Shown one piece after another: positions 40,401-54,028 of a stretch of 64,000 nucleotides of DNA (within the stretch, counting starts at the first letter, position 1; every line of letters starts with the position of its first letter). Origin of the DNA: Carcharhinus longimanus (Eukaryota). The notes beneath the pieces were generated by a model, which saw nothing but the letters and a program-made list of their open reading frames with translations, did not search any database and was not told where the DNA came from. The position numbers and the translations under genes are program-made. The stretch spans positions 114,812,252 through 114,876,251 of the forward strand of contig JASCQW010000001.1 in NCBI GenBank assembly GCA_030264375.1, written 5' to 3'.

Positions 40401-42939
40401 GACGCTCGGGTCACCTCGGTTCCTCAGAGAGTCGTATCAGAAATTCTTTTCAAGTGTCCTTTGCGTCGCCAAAGATGACAACACAGCAAATCGATAACTC
40501 CTTCAAATGAAAGGGTTTGATCGCTACCCTCGAGGCTACACATCTCACATCCCTAGCCCTTTTTTTTCTGAAGTTGGCGGATTCCTCTGCACTTTCTCCC
40601 TGAGAAAGAGGCGCTTCTGGATTCTCCTGATGAAGGTAAATCCTCAATTAACAGAAAATGCACATTATATGCGGTCCTCCAGGGTCCTCTCTCTTTTTTT
40701 TAATTTTGCAATTTGGTGCCAGGCCAATAACGCTGAGCATCCTTGTAAGGTGTAAAAAAAAGGTGCTGGGGACTAAATAGGTCAATCTGTAATTACTCTA
40801 GTTTAAAACGTAAATGAATTGTGTTGTGTTCGGATGTAAATGACAGGCTCGTGTTTCCGTTGTGTAAACGGAGGGCGTTCCGGAAGAATTATTTTGAACC
40901 TGAGCTTTATTATCCTGCTTGAAATGATTTACTACAAGTCGACGGCAACGGTGTATCGGAAGAAACCTTTCTTCCGTGCGAACCCTACTCTGAGGCGAAT
41001 CAAGAGCACCATTTAGACAGGGGTGCCACAAAAGTCGGGTGTGCGATTATTTTATTCTGACACATTTTCTGTGGTTTTTTTGCGGGGTTATGGAAGTGCG
41101 CGGTCCTGTGATTACTCCGCAATGATTACTCCATTGGATTTTAATGGAATCTGCTTCCGAAGTTGAAATGTCCATCAATGTAAAACCCGTGAGATCCATG
41201 AAAATGCAAGCGGCTTTAGCTTCAGTGCGGACCTTAATCCCAGAAAGTTACTATTTTCCGCAATTTGCTCTTAACAGACACTGAGACGGCTCTTAGTTAA
41301 CATAACCTATCCATAAATATAAGCGCATTTAACTCTGGGGTGGCGGGGATTGGGATCGGGTGGAGTGGGGGTGGGGGAGGTTTACTATAAGAAGCTCAAA
41401 TGATCAACCCCGGTGGTTTGGTAGTATTTCTAGTTGCATACAGAATGGACATCTTTTATACCGGCTACTTGTGTTATACATCTAGAAGAGATAGCAGTAC
41501 ACATGTTGAAAAGAGTAAGATCACCACCACTATTTTAGTGCCCCTAATTATGTTAGGATGTCTAGCTGTTCCAGAAATCCCCCTTTTCCTCCAGCGGCCT
41601 GTCTAATGTTTTATCCCCTGGTGATTAAAGGCATTAATTAGTTGCTTAATGGGGGTATGACTAAAAATGTAAAAGAAGGATTAAGGCGGCGAAACGTATG
41701 TATAGCTCCTTCGACACACTCGAGATCCGAATGAGAAGCATTCTGTATCTTATGTTTCTCTGTGGTACATTTGCATTTTACAACAGATGCTCACTTAAGC
41801 TGCACCGGCGAATCGAATTAAACACGTATGGCAGAATGGCGGGATAGCTGATCAGTGGGAAAGCAAGAAAACAAAGATTACCGAGAAACTATGGCTGCTG
41901 TACATCACGATTTAACTAGGCAATTGTAATTAATCTAATTAATTGAAAGGACTTATTTGTGTTCCTTTTGGTTTAATAGAAAATGCTTCCAAAGTGTCTG
42001 CTATTCTCATTTTTGTTCTTTTTCGAAGCATTTCTAACATCCTCGCTCTCAATAGAACGTCCTTCATCACATCTGTGCACTTTCCCGGAGAGATTCGGAA
42101 AACGTGGTGCAATTTTCCTTTCCTCGCTAACCCTGGTGGTGGGAAACTACCAAGGGTGATTAAATTCGTCTAAACTCTTGGCTAAATTCGTTCTTCAGAC
42201 GAAGCGTGAAAACTAAGCGTGTACTCCCATTTTTTTCCCCTTTGCAATGTACAGGCGAGTTAGACAGTCCACATGTAGGTTTGAATATTTTCAGCAACTG
42301 AGTCCTTCTTTAAAGTAAACATTGTACCTGGCCAATTGCATACTTCGCCCGCATCCTGATGTTGGGATTGTCAATTGTATTTACTGTCAGTCTAATAAAA
42401 AAAATTTACGTGGCAAAAAAACAGTTTTTTAACTATCGGTTTTCCCAAAAAAATGCACTCGAATTCATTCCAAAGTTAGATTCATTTCACGTCGTATCGT
42501 TGTGATGGTAAACATGGGCTATGGCACATCATTTTTTTTATTTGAAATTACAATATGTAAATCAAATTCCGCTACCGCAATTAGTTTGCGTATTGTGCAG
42601 GGCAGGAAGTAAATTGCAAGCAAATAAATGCGACACATTTTTAAAAACTCATTATACCAGGATGTGTGTCACCTTAGATTAAATTACTACCAACTGAAAC
42701 CCTTGGAAACTTTCCTCTTCGGCACTTTTGTACTAAAAATAACTTTGATGTCCAAACGAGTTTGCAGGTATAGCTTTAGTGGCCCGTGTGTTGTGCAGCC
42801 AAATAGATGATTTACCCAGATTTTTTTTAATGCTCTGTTCTTTGTGTCTTTCTTTAAAAGTGAAATCTGATGAAAACCGAGTTGCTTGCTCTTTTGGGTG
42901 TTTAACTCTGAACTCCCAAAGGCTCAGTCCCTCTTTTAA

Positions 42940-43232
42940 AAGACTCAATTTCTCTGTCTCCCCCTCTCTCTCTCTCTCCCTGTGATATATTGGAATCTTT
43001 CCTGACGTCACGTCTTTCTAAAATAGACAGAGAAACAGATCCTAAAGAATCTGGAGAGAAAGGAAAGGGGGAGAGACAGAGAGAGAAACACAAGGAGACC
43101 AAGCGGAAGCGTTAGTTGATTTCATTTTGTATAATCTTTCAAGCTTGCATCTGCCGTTCGCAGGACTGTTACTAACCCAACGATAGCCACACACATTTTA
43201 AAAAAAAGCTCGTCAGCTTCTGTCTGGTAAGT
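42940..43232 (+). promoter_or_regulatory. pitx2: Probable distal (a/b) pitx2 promoter and non-coding first exon
   Basis: CT tract, ATTGG (42989), palindromic CRE TGACGTCA (43003-43010), GA-rich leader and a consensus donor CTG|GTAAGT (43227), 2.7 kb upstream of the a/b ATG exon. The TSS cannot be determined. Confidence 0.5.
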
Positions 43233-44189
43233 CGACTCGTCCTTTTTTTTTAGGTGTGAGATAATGCAAGTCTGAGAATTCGTTCCACACTCCCACAGCC
43301 CCGTGTGTGTGCTTTGTAACTGCGATCACCATTTCACTGCACTTAGCATTTCCCTCGCTCAAGCGAGTAAGTGATTAGTTTTGAGGGGTTCATTTGTGCT
43401 GTGGATCCAGCCTCGGTTTTGTTGACAGGAAAGGAGGGGGGAGGACGAAGAGTGTCTTTTTAACTAAAGATGCACTTTTCTTACAACTACCATCCCGTCC
43501 CCCAGTGGCAGTTGTCGGTAAGTTTCAGCGGCTCCTCTTGGCCTGGTGTCTTATAGCATTCGGTTGTTAAGTTCTGAAGCAAGTGTTGGGGAAATCGCCC
43601 CAGCGCCGCTGTAACCTCCGCAAGCCAACAGCAGCCAGAGGGAAACAGCTTGAGGGTCACGGTGCACAGGCCAGCGTGTCTTTCCCTTCGCGGCCAAAGG
43701 TAAAGGGGGCCTGATTCTTTCAGTAGTAACTGCGGAGAACTTCGGCCGACTTCGAAGCCGGTTTGGTGTAATTGCTTTGGCGGTAAAGATAACTTTGCAA
43801 GGTGCATTCTGCTTATTTGTATTTTCGTAACATCAATTTTTGTTTTCAACAGCGATTGACCAGTTGATAAATGATATGTTAGCATCCCGAACCATTACAG
43901 TATAATTTTCTAGTTTTATTTTTAATCAGTTGTAGGCTGGATTTTTTTTAACTTTGTGGTGCTGAACCTTGGCTCTCATCTGATTTCACTTTTCTACTTT
44001 GAATCTGACAAATTACTAACGCTTAATGCAATGGAACGCAAAATAAAACACCGAATAGGTAGTAATGGATTGAAATGTTATTTGCAAACCATACTTGCAA
44101 AGAAAGGACAGGGCAGCGAGATCATCATTCGCAATGCCATCGATTGCAAATATCAGGGCCAGGCGTGGTGTGAATTCTTCATCCGGAAA

Positions 44190-44358
44190 TATGAAAACAT
44201 AACGAAGATTTCGACCAAAAACAGGCACACCACCTTGAGCTCGCACACTGGAGTTTGTTCAGATTTAAATAGTGTGGGGACAACCAAATGGGGAATTTCA
44301 TAGTAACTTCATTGCAGTATTAATGTAAGCCTTACTTGTGACTAATAAATAAACTTTA
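44190..44358 (+). mobile_element. Short retroposon 3' end in pitx2 intron 1
   Basis: GGGAATTTCATAGTAACTTCATTGCAGTATTAATGTAAGCCTTACTTGTGACTAATAAATAAACTTT resembles a common shark retroposon tail (recall). Confidence 0.45.
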
Positions 44359-45950
44359 AATAAACCAGCAGTTAATGCAAGGAGAGATTTGAAGGTTCAT
44401 ATAATGCAAAGGATTAAGCTATATGGTGGCTCTGGGTGTTTCATTTTAACATATTTGACCCATAAGGTGCGTGTTTTGCAATGATTAACGAGGGAGAAGT
44501 GGGTGTTATTGCATTAGTCACTCAAAAGCCTCAGTGTTGGTGTCTTATTCACTGAACATCACGAGAGATTAAGTAAAAAGACTGCCGGTGGGGAAGAAAA
44601 CGAGAGGTAACATTTATTCTGCTCTGAGTGCAATGATATTTGAAGTAACACTTCTTTTTTTTAAGTAATTGGGAAGTACGAGTACATAGTTACATGTTAT
44701 TCCGCTACTTAAAATGTTAGCTACAATAAGTGTGCGCCATGCCAATGCCATATATCTCAATTGTCTTCATCACTTAATCAAATCGTGTTTACTATAGTTT
44801 GTGCAGTCAAGGCTAATTTATTCAGTCTCTCAAGCACAAAGTGATGCATAATTATTAACGCGGACTTTAAACTGGTTGGAAATTAAAAATAACTAGATAT
44901 AATTTTACTGGAAATCTATCAGAAGACCTTCATTTTGGTGTTCGGGTCTGAATATTTGGCAAATTCTTCCTACTCTGCAAGGTAGCAAAGCCAGCACTGT
45001 TGCAAGGGAGATAGTTTAGTTCCAGATAGATTTGAAAAGCAGCAAAAAAAACGATTACCATGATGATGACATGCAAATTTTTAAAAAATTATCATAAGCA
45101 AACATTTGAAGCCTGGACTAATAAAATCCCATCTGTGTTACTTCATATCGAGTTAGTCCACCGCTCTGATAATGAATTTTGTAATATCCCACCGACAGAC
45201 ATCTCAATCAGACACTAATCCTGCGACTTTACTGCGGAATCACTAAATATCCAGCAGGCAAACTGTCGCACTTTGGCACTTGTGGCCGTGCCTGCGCCTA
45301 TAGTTTAGAAAACAAGAAACAGATTAAATCGTGTGAAATCGCTCGAGTTTGGGATGAGATTGATCACGGGACATCGGTTGCCAAGAACCCGCGTTTTTTT
45401 TTGTAGGAAGTGCTGTAAAATTGCTGTTCTCTGGTACATTTTAAATCCGGCTCAAGGTTAAGCAGGGAAAAAAAAACAGCGACACAATTTCGCAATTCAC
45501 AATGACAGCATAATACATTTGAATTAAGATTGCCCTTTCCCTGTATATTAATGAAAACCACGCTGCTGGTTATCTAATTTTAATAAAATGCACATTTGAA
45601 ATGTGTAAAACAGATCGAACAAAGGACTCTATGTTTTTCTGATCTGATGTTTTGTGAATTCAAATAACTGCATTTGTTATAAACCAGCCGCTGATGAAAT
45701 CGAGATTGCCAAGGCCACAGTAGAAGTTAGTTATTGTCGGTTTCTGTTCGTAGCTCTGAACATTGGTTTGTAGGTTGCATGATTATTTTTGCCCAGATTG
45801 TCCCTTTCCAAATTCTGACACTGCATGTTTCATATTGCTGTAATTATAAGCATAATAGCAACATTTGCCTTCATGTCTAATGGTGTTACACTGGCTCTGA
45901 CGGTTAATCTTGTGCAACTCTCTCTAGATAAACAATTGACTGGCGGTATT

Positions 45951-45987
45951 ATGGATGCCAACTGCCGTAAGCATTGCGTCGAATTAT
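45951..45987 (+). CDS. pitx2: PITX2 a/b first coding exon (MDANCRKHCVEL + 1 nt); exon starts at 45928
   Basis: Resembles the human PITX2A/B N-terminus METNCRKLVSACVQL. Acceptor TCTCTCTAG| at 45927, Kozak ATTATGG, phase-1 donor T|GTGAGT at 45988. Too short for the ORF track. Confidence 0.88.
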
Positions 45988-47159
45988 GTGAGTAAAAGCT
46001 TCGTTTAACCACCCCCCACCCCACCCCCCGCACCTTTAAAACATCTTGCAATGTAGGGGCAGTTAATACTTTTGTCAAAACTTGGCCTGTGTATAAATGA
46101 CACGTAGGGAAGCTGATTGATTCCCCTGGCGCATTTTTCTCAATGCACCGTCTACTACCGACAGCCACAGAGGGTATTTTCACTCTGAGCTGTGACCGGC
46201 TAAAATTATATTCTGAAGCAAGTTTCAGTGAAGCTCAGATCCTCAAAGCAACAAGAAATAAGAATGAGCATCCCTACAGTGCTTAAGGAGAGGAAAACAG
46301 GTTAATGCAAATGTAGAATTAGAGATTTTAATACGTGACAAATGTACACTTTTGGAACAAATGCCAATAAGATGCTTTGAAATATGTAACCACTATAGTT
46401 GTGAAATTTTACCGACAGCCAGGTACTGGGCAGTTTCTGTGGGTGAGGCCTGTTGGTGATGTCATGGCTGACATTAATTAAGCAGCAAAGGAGAGAGTTG
46501 GAGCTCAGAGTGCCATAAGGAACGTTTAATTAACTCCAGTATTGGGAAGCGAATACACAGACACGTCTGTGCTTTCTTTCGGTTTTGTAACCTTGAAAAA
46601 TCGGTGCTTATGCGACAAACTGGGAAAGTGCAATTCCTTCAGCACCCCAGAAAAGAGGGACCGGAAAGCAGGCAGATACGCTCATTCCACGTGAAGAAAA
46701 GAAATATGCTCCTTTTGAATCAAACGTATTGTCATCTTCTTAACATGAACCCCATCAGAATAATTCGACAAAAATACTTGCCTCAAAAGACGAAAAACCC
46801 ACGCAGAAAACATGTCAAAAGTAATGGTTATAGTTTAAACGCACACGTCTCTAAATCTGCCGGTATATTTTCTTTTTTTCTCATTAGTGCCACCTATCCA
46901 AAAGGTTGGCTCGAATATGATTAATATAATAACCTTGCTGCTGGTATTAAACATGCGTTTATGTGAGGGCTGCTTGGCAGTCCTGTAGACAACTTGAGTT
47001 AGATTTTAAAACATAGAGCATGAATATCTGAGAAGGGGCGTGGGCGAGAACCAACGGAACAATCTAAACTAGGGAAAGTAGAAAACCAAAGGGGCTAACA
47101 GAAATTTTTGTTGCATTTTATTTACGTGTCTCACTTCGTTTCTATGTTTCCCCTCTCAG

Positions 47160-47294
47160 CCTCGCAGCCCTCTGCTGTGGAGTATTTATTTACGAAAGAC
47201 ACAGAAATTCGAAAATCTGAATTAAGTTCTGCAACGGAAGCTGGAAACAGTAGAAAAGATAATAAATTCCTGAGGCATCACCTCGACTCGCATG
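47160..47294 (+). CDS. pitx2: PITX2B-specific cassette exon (135 nt, phase 1-1)
   Basis: (S)SQPSAVEYLFTKDTEIRKSELSS...KFLRHHLDSH resembles human GVQPAAVECLFSKDSEIKKVEF...KFFPRQH. Acceptor TTTCCCCTCTCAG| and donor G|GTAGGC. It keeps the frame between the flanking exons (CDS 942 nt, 313 aa). Confidence 0.92.
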
Positions 47295-49989
47295 GTAGGC
47301 AAAACAAAATAGTCTCCTATATTAAAATTTCCGAACATAAAGTCTTGAAATATTTACGTGATCGGATGGACGGAATTATGGTGTGCGTAACATCATTCAC
47401 TACACTAAACCTTACAACAGAATTCCACTACACCCTCTAACCAAACTGAAAGAAATCTCTCAAGATACACCGATTAGCCTAAAATTTGTGTTAGAGCGGC
47501 CTCTGCTGTACTAAAAGATCAAGTGTAGCAATCCTGAAGGGGTTCTGCTTGCTATGTGAACCCGGCATTTCTAAATTCCTTACAAGCAAGATAAACAACC
47601 GACCAACCTCAATTTTAAATCAAAGTAATTTGAGAAAAAAATTCATTTTCCTGGACTCATCTGAATAATTTACATTTGACTAAATAGCAAGTCCATTCAT
47701 AAAAGAACAGGTAATAAAATATTGAAGATTGTTTCTCTGTTTGGTTCTATCGTTTGTTTTTTTAAAAATACATTCCTGCATATATTACTTACTTTAAAAG
47801 GTGTAAATTATCTGCATACATGCAATTTCTGATATTTTCAGAAAGTGCGCATCCAAATGAGTACAAACCAATTGTGCTGTTTATCTTCACGAACCTCACA
47901 TTTTGAGACAAAGAGATCGGCTGAAGAAAATTAATTGACTTTGCAAAAGCCCTTTTTCTCACATAAAATCGCTTTCTTCATACGCCGTTAGTAATCCTTG
48001 ATGTGCTGCAGTTTTCTTGTTGTGCACTGCTAGATGCGTTAATTGGACATTTTCCTACAAAAAATAGGTTTAAACAGGTTTTCCTTTCCGTTTGAAATAT
48101 AAAGATATGCAAGTAAGTTAGTTGTTCTGCTCTAATGTGTGTTTTAAATTGAACCTAGTATTAATCCTGCTATAAATCCTTTGCGTTATGTAATACTTTT
48201 TTATTGGCAATTGCAGAAGTATAATCTACAGTCATCCATTAATTTGGCCTAAACCTACCAAATTGTATTCAATTTTCTGTTTGCAACCGAACCATTCATT
48301 GGAGCTGCGTATCTATAGACGTGTTTCAAATACATTTGATTCAGTAATTTCCAAAAATGTATAAAATTACCTAGACAGACAATCTTAAAGTAAAACGAAA
48401 CGAAAATATAACAATTTGCTCTCATATTGTGTGGCATCCATTTCAACTCCAAATTTCGGGTCCGCGTATTTAATCTTGTTTGTGCTTCCAATTTGATGAT
48501 ATGCAAACGTTAATTTTGAGGGTTTATTTATTCCATAGTCTATTCAATTGTGTGCATGTGTGCACAAATACGTTGTGTGTTGAAATGTTTTTAGATAGCA
48601 CAGTGTTCCACTCTGCTCCGTCGTTACTTTCGCATATAAGCACTTTGTGTACAGTTTAAATCATTGCACAAACGGATTTTTATGATCAAATTTAACCATT
48701 ACCATTTAGCCAGTCCGACACAATTTAAATGATCAGATTACATTGAGGAGGCTAAGTGATGCTTGGAAACCCATATGTTATAAGCTATAGCGTTTCTTTA
48801 TCCGCAGGCCCCCTGAAAAATAATTCTAAATGTAAAATAAAATTTGACATGGTTTATCTCTTTAATACCAAACAGCTGCATGAATTGCGAACAGTTTGAA
48901 AATACTTCGTTTTTCTTGAATATGCAAACATGCTACAGTTTCTCTTGTCACTTTTTAAAATGGATATTCACTCACTCCAGTAATCCACTAATCTGGAGTA
49001 ACAATTCGTGTACTATGGTGTATAAAATGTTGTTAAATCTTGTTCATTGTGAGAGTCATTTAACGGGAAATTTAGAAGCATGTTTCAGGTGAAGAGTGAG
49101 GCGGTGCTTGTACTGAAGAAATGTGTTACTGCACTGCCTAATCCTCTATGTGTGTAAATGGAGAGGGGTGCCATGGAGACGGGAAAGAACTAGAAATTTG
49201 TCAAATATCAATGAAAGAAAGTTTATTTCCTTTTAAGATCTGTTTACTGTCTGTCTGTTTTGTACAGTCTGTGTAATATATGCAGCAGTTGTTAGATTGA
49301 CTCGAGGGAAAACTAAATGTATAATGAAAGCTTATTCGTGAGTAGGAATATACTAATGGAACAATTTGATATCTTCTTAATCCTTTGTAAAAAGCTTTGT
49401 CGTCTTCCTAATATTGACTGAATGGGTAATTAATGGCTCTTCATCTTGGAGAATACTCAGTAATCCAACATAGGAAAAAGACAACAAACCCAAGGTATAA
49501 GACAACAAAACAAGCACAAATCTACCCAAACAGCACCAATTCATCCACTTAACAGACTACAGGTTCTGGAAGTAATCTTCTAATGTATATGTGCAAATAC
49601 AATCAGAGCCAGCGACCGTGTCACAATACTACAAACATCCTAATTCGATACCTAAAAGCCTTATAATAAACGTGCAATTGATGGATCAGAAGTGCATTTT
49701 AATTTAACTTTTTTTCGATTCCACGGCGCATTTATTTGAAAATAGTTTTGTGATCTTTTCTATGTGTCAGCACAACAGCTATGCATATTTTGGATTTTTT
49801 TAAATCATATTTTGCTCATGAAATATGCAGTATTCAAATAGCTCAATCTCCAACCACAGTTTCCTCTCTAAGATCTTAGATTTGTTGTTACGTCGCAAAT
49901 CCGTGCCGAGCTTTCCCAGAAATGCAACTTTGACTCCTTTCAATCAGTTTTTCACTCCTGCCACCGTACGGCTCTTATCAAAGTCACAA

Positions 49990-51140
49990 ATAGCACCCCA
50001 TGTGACTGTGACAAGGTAAACTTTCCTCCCTATCCTTTAGAACCTGTCTGCAACCTCTGACAGGGTTGATCTCACCATCCTCCTCCTCCAACTCTCCTGC
50101 ACTATTGTCCAGCTGCACGGGACTGCACTTGCCCAGTTCCATCCTTGACTATCAAGCCAAGAATCGCCTGCAGTCCCTTCTCTTCAGGCTGCCATGTCGC
50201 CATTAATGATTTTTTTTATATTGGTTCCCTCCTATTTTTCATTTGCATGCTACCCCTCGGCAACATCACCTCAAAATACAACATCAGTTTCCACGCGTAC
50301 GCTGATAGCATCTAACACTACCATTACCTCCTTCGATCCCTTTCACTGTCTTGACATTGTCAAATTGCTTGCACAGAACCCGGTACTGAATGAGAAGAAA
50401 TTTCCTCCAACCAAATATTGGGAGGATAATAAACCGTTGTCTTTGGTTCCTACCACATTCGCCGTTCCCTTACCATTGTCTCCATTCCTCACCTTGGCAA
50501 CTCTCCGAAATTGAACAAGATTGGTCACAACCTTGATGCCATATTTGACCCTGACTCCCTCATTCATGCCTCTGCTATTTCTATATTGAGCCATTCCAGC
50601 AGGCTACTGGCCAGCCTCCGCGTTCTACCCTCTGTAAACTTGAGATCATCCAAAACTCTGTTAACTGTGCCCTTCTTTGCAAAAACCCGTTCACCCATCA
50701 CTCGGGTCATTGGTGTCCATTGTTTCCTGATTAAGTATGTCTCATTTATATTTTAAAAATCGTCCTTGATTACAAATCTTCTCCATATTTATGTAACATG
50801 CAGAAGCCCCGCAACCTCCCTTCCCCAACACCACTATTGAGATCTCTGTAATCCTTTAATTCTGGCCGCTTAGGCATCTCCAATTTTAATCACTCCTGCT
50901 TTGGTGGGCAAACCTTCAGTTGCCTCGACATTAAACTTTATAATTGCCTCCCCAAACCTCTCCGCCTCGCTTTCCTCCTTCACGATACTCCTTATCACCC
51001 ATCTCTTTAACCAAGATTTTGGTCATTGGATCTGACAACTCTTTATGTGGCCGTGTCAAAATTTGTTTGATAACACACATATGATGTGCCTCGCAACATT
51101 TTATTTTGGTAGTGGTGCTATATAAAGTATAAATTGTTTT
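49990..51140 (+). mobile_element. Decayed L2-type LINE 3' fragment in the pitx2 intron
   Basis: Degenerate RT-like sequence (TCCTTTAGAACCTGTCTGCAACCTCTGACAGGGTTGATC), NLGV-FD-like region, and an L2-like tail ending GTGCTATATAAA. Confidence 0.7.
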
Positions 51141-54005
51141 ATTGATGATCGGCCTCCCCTCTTGCCCTGAGCCCTCTATTATAGTAATGTTAGAATTACT
51201 AAATAACCGCACCGGAAAATAAATATTTTACCATTCAGTGCTATTATTTTTAACATTTTGCACGAGTATGCAAAGCTGCCATATACATTTTCTTGCACAA
51301 CAACAGACATGCCCAGATACAAACATACATTGTTACTCCAGGTGCCAGCGTACATTGCAAAAAGAAGATGTTACAACTGACATTTGATTTGGCAAGCTTT
51401 CGGGTAGACATCATGGAAAGTGATATGATCTGGCTGTGTTTCTCATGAGAGAGGGAGTGAATGAAACAAAGTGAATCATTTCACATGGATACCTTCCAGG
51501 TGCAATCTTCAAAAGTAATCATTAGAATTCCTCAAATCGTATGACCAAAAAAATCTGAAAATCTTACACACACCAGAGCAAATTGTGTTGGATAGAGCCA
51601 TCTTGTGCTGTCAGACGCATGGTCAAGTGCAGATGCTGGACGCAGCAATGTTCAATAGACCACATCGCTAATTATCTCAAACGCGCACACCATAACACGT
51701 AAACCATTTTTCTGACTTAGTTAGGCGATTAGAAACAAAATTTTAGCAAATGTTGATAAACCTTCAAAACATAATGCCTTCGGTAATAACACATTAAGCT
51801 CTATTATTACAATGCCGGAATTACAAATTTTAAAGACATGGTACCATTTTATAGATATTTTGCCTGGCTGTTTGAAGACACGCAGTTTTAAATGAAAACT
51901 CTCTGGCGTTAACTTCTTACCCGTGGAAAATTAATAAGGTTGTTTTGTCAGCTGACAGCCTTTTTAAATATTATTTCACCAGGGAAATCAAAGCTTCGGC
52001 TCAGATTATAGGTCGGTATTTTTTGGATTTATGTGATTTACGGTAACCATGGCAACTAATGCTGACTGTTAGCTCCCCAATTTTCCGCCACAAAAACTCA
52101 CAAGATCTTTAATCAAACGAACGGGTCGAGCTTTTACTGTTCATCTTAGTAGCACATGCAAAGTGCACGGGACTTCTCTTTACATGTCGATGGAGGCGAA
52201 CGGGTAAACTGTGATCCAGGTTGCAAACAAATAATTGTGCTAACAGTTTTGTGGGACGACAGTAACCCCCACCCACCGACCGCACCCTCCGTTCTTGCAG
52301 TATTCTTTACCAAGAGCACCCAGCTGTCGATCCGGCCTTCCACTTGGAGTAGAAAGCAACGCTCTTTGTTTTCAAGAAAATTAATCTTGAAACTTACACA
52401 AATCCTAAATGCCCTTGACAAATAAGCGAGACTTCTGACCGGTGTTGAAAGTAGTTGATGTCCTTCAGGCAACAGGGCTTGACCCAGGAGATGACTGCAT
52501 AAGTATGAAAGTGGTTACGGCGTTACAGTTAATGCCGAGAACTTGCTGGGCCCGCTAACGTTTAACTCCCAACTTAAATTATACCCGCGTTTGGACCAGA
52601 CAGAGAGTTGGATAAAGCACACTTTTTATGATTCACACATTTCCACGTAGTAAAATCTTCCGCTGAGGCTGACTATAAGAAGCTTACAAGTGAATGTGCA
52701 TTTAAAAGTTTCTACTCCCAGACGGGATGCTAGGGTGCTTGCAAGTGGCTGAAATCAGGCGTTTGACATTTGGAACGTTGTAGCACTGTAAAGGGTTCCC
52801 TGTTTTCAATGTGCCATATTTTAAATACAGACCGTAGTTTTGATAGTTTGGTGTTCTAACAGGAAGCAATATAATTCCATGGATATTATGGTGAATAAGT
52901 TGCGTGCATTTCCAAACATGGCCGAGCATCTCACGCTCGCCATCTTAAGATTTCAATATCAATGTCTTTTTTTTCTCAAGAACATATTTCTTGAAATGTA
53001 TTCATTGAGACCAAACCTACTGACAGTTCCGTCAACATTTACTTGTAAGATTAATACATGCGCATTTTAAGGATCAATCTACATCGAAGGTCTAATATAA
53101 AGGCAGTTGTAAACAGCCGAAAAGACCCCGTGAAAGGACATAATTAATAGAAAATAGTCCTGCATTTAATTCAGCTGTTTGAATTGATTATTGTGATTGT
53201 GAAAACTGGACTGCAATTCTTCTTTTACTGACCCGATTGGCGCTGAAGCACTAAAAAAAGATTTGGGAAGAGTGCAAGTGTCCAAATTCACCAAGACTCA
53301 GTGAAATGATAAAGACCATTCCATTAGGATTAAAACTAAAATCGGGCTTGAATGCTATGACGAATAATGTTTGCCCCAAAGTCTCTTAACAACGCGCGTT
53401 TTGCACCAATGAAGACAAATCCTGGTCACTTCAGATGTGGGATAAAAATGAAAATTCGACAACAGTCGTCGAAGTCCTTCCAATAACAACCACAAACTTC
53501 TGAAAATTTGCATTAAGTTTGATCTCCTTCATCCCCCCTTAAATTCAAGCTTAATTTTGTTCTTAATTTTAACAGTCACTTGAAGTCAAGGAGGTAATGA
53601 TAATCCGATATTAAATCCCTAGCCAGGTTGTACTGTTTGTAGATAGGTTCTCGGCCTGAGGACTGGTTCACGTCTTTCTAGGTCACATTCAGCACCCGAG
53701 AAGGGAAATATTTACTTTACGTCAGTACTTTATGATCATTTGGGAATTTGAAGAAATTCAATAAGAAAACTGTCGGAACCCGTTTAAAGCCCAGTTAAAA
53801 GACTTAAGCAAATTAGAGTCTTATCAGATTAAAAACCACTACAAATTTAAGAGCGTTCTCTCCATCACAACATCGCGCGGTTATGCACGGAAGAATCTTG
53901 CCAAATCTCGGGGATAGATGATCTTAAAAAACAGCTAACGAACAGAATACCGATTAATGATAAGCTTTCGGACAGGGAATCTAAATATTTATTGCAGATC
54001 AGCGT

Positions 54006-54028
54006 TGTGTGTGTGTGTGTGTGTGTGT
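54006..54028. repeat. (TG)11 microsatellite
   Basis: Read directly from the sequence. Confidence 0.95.
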
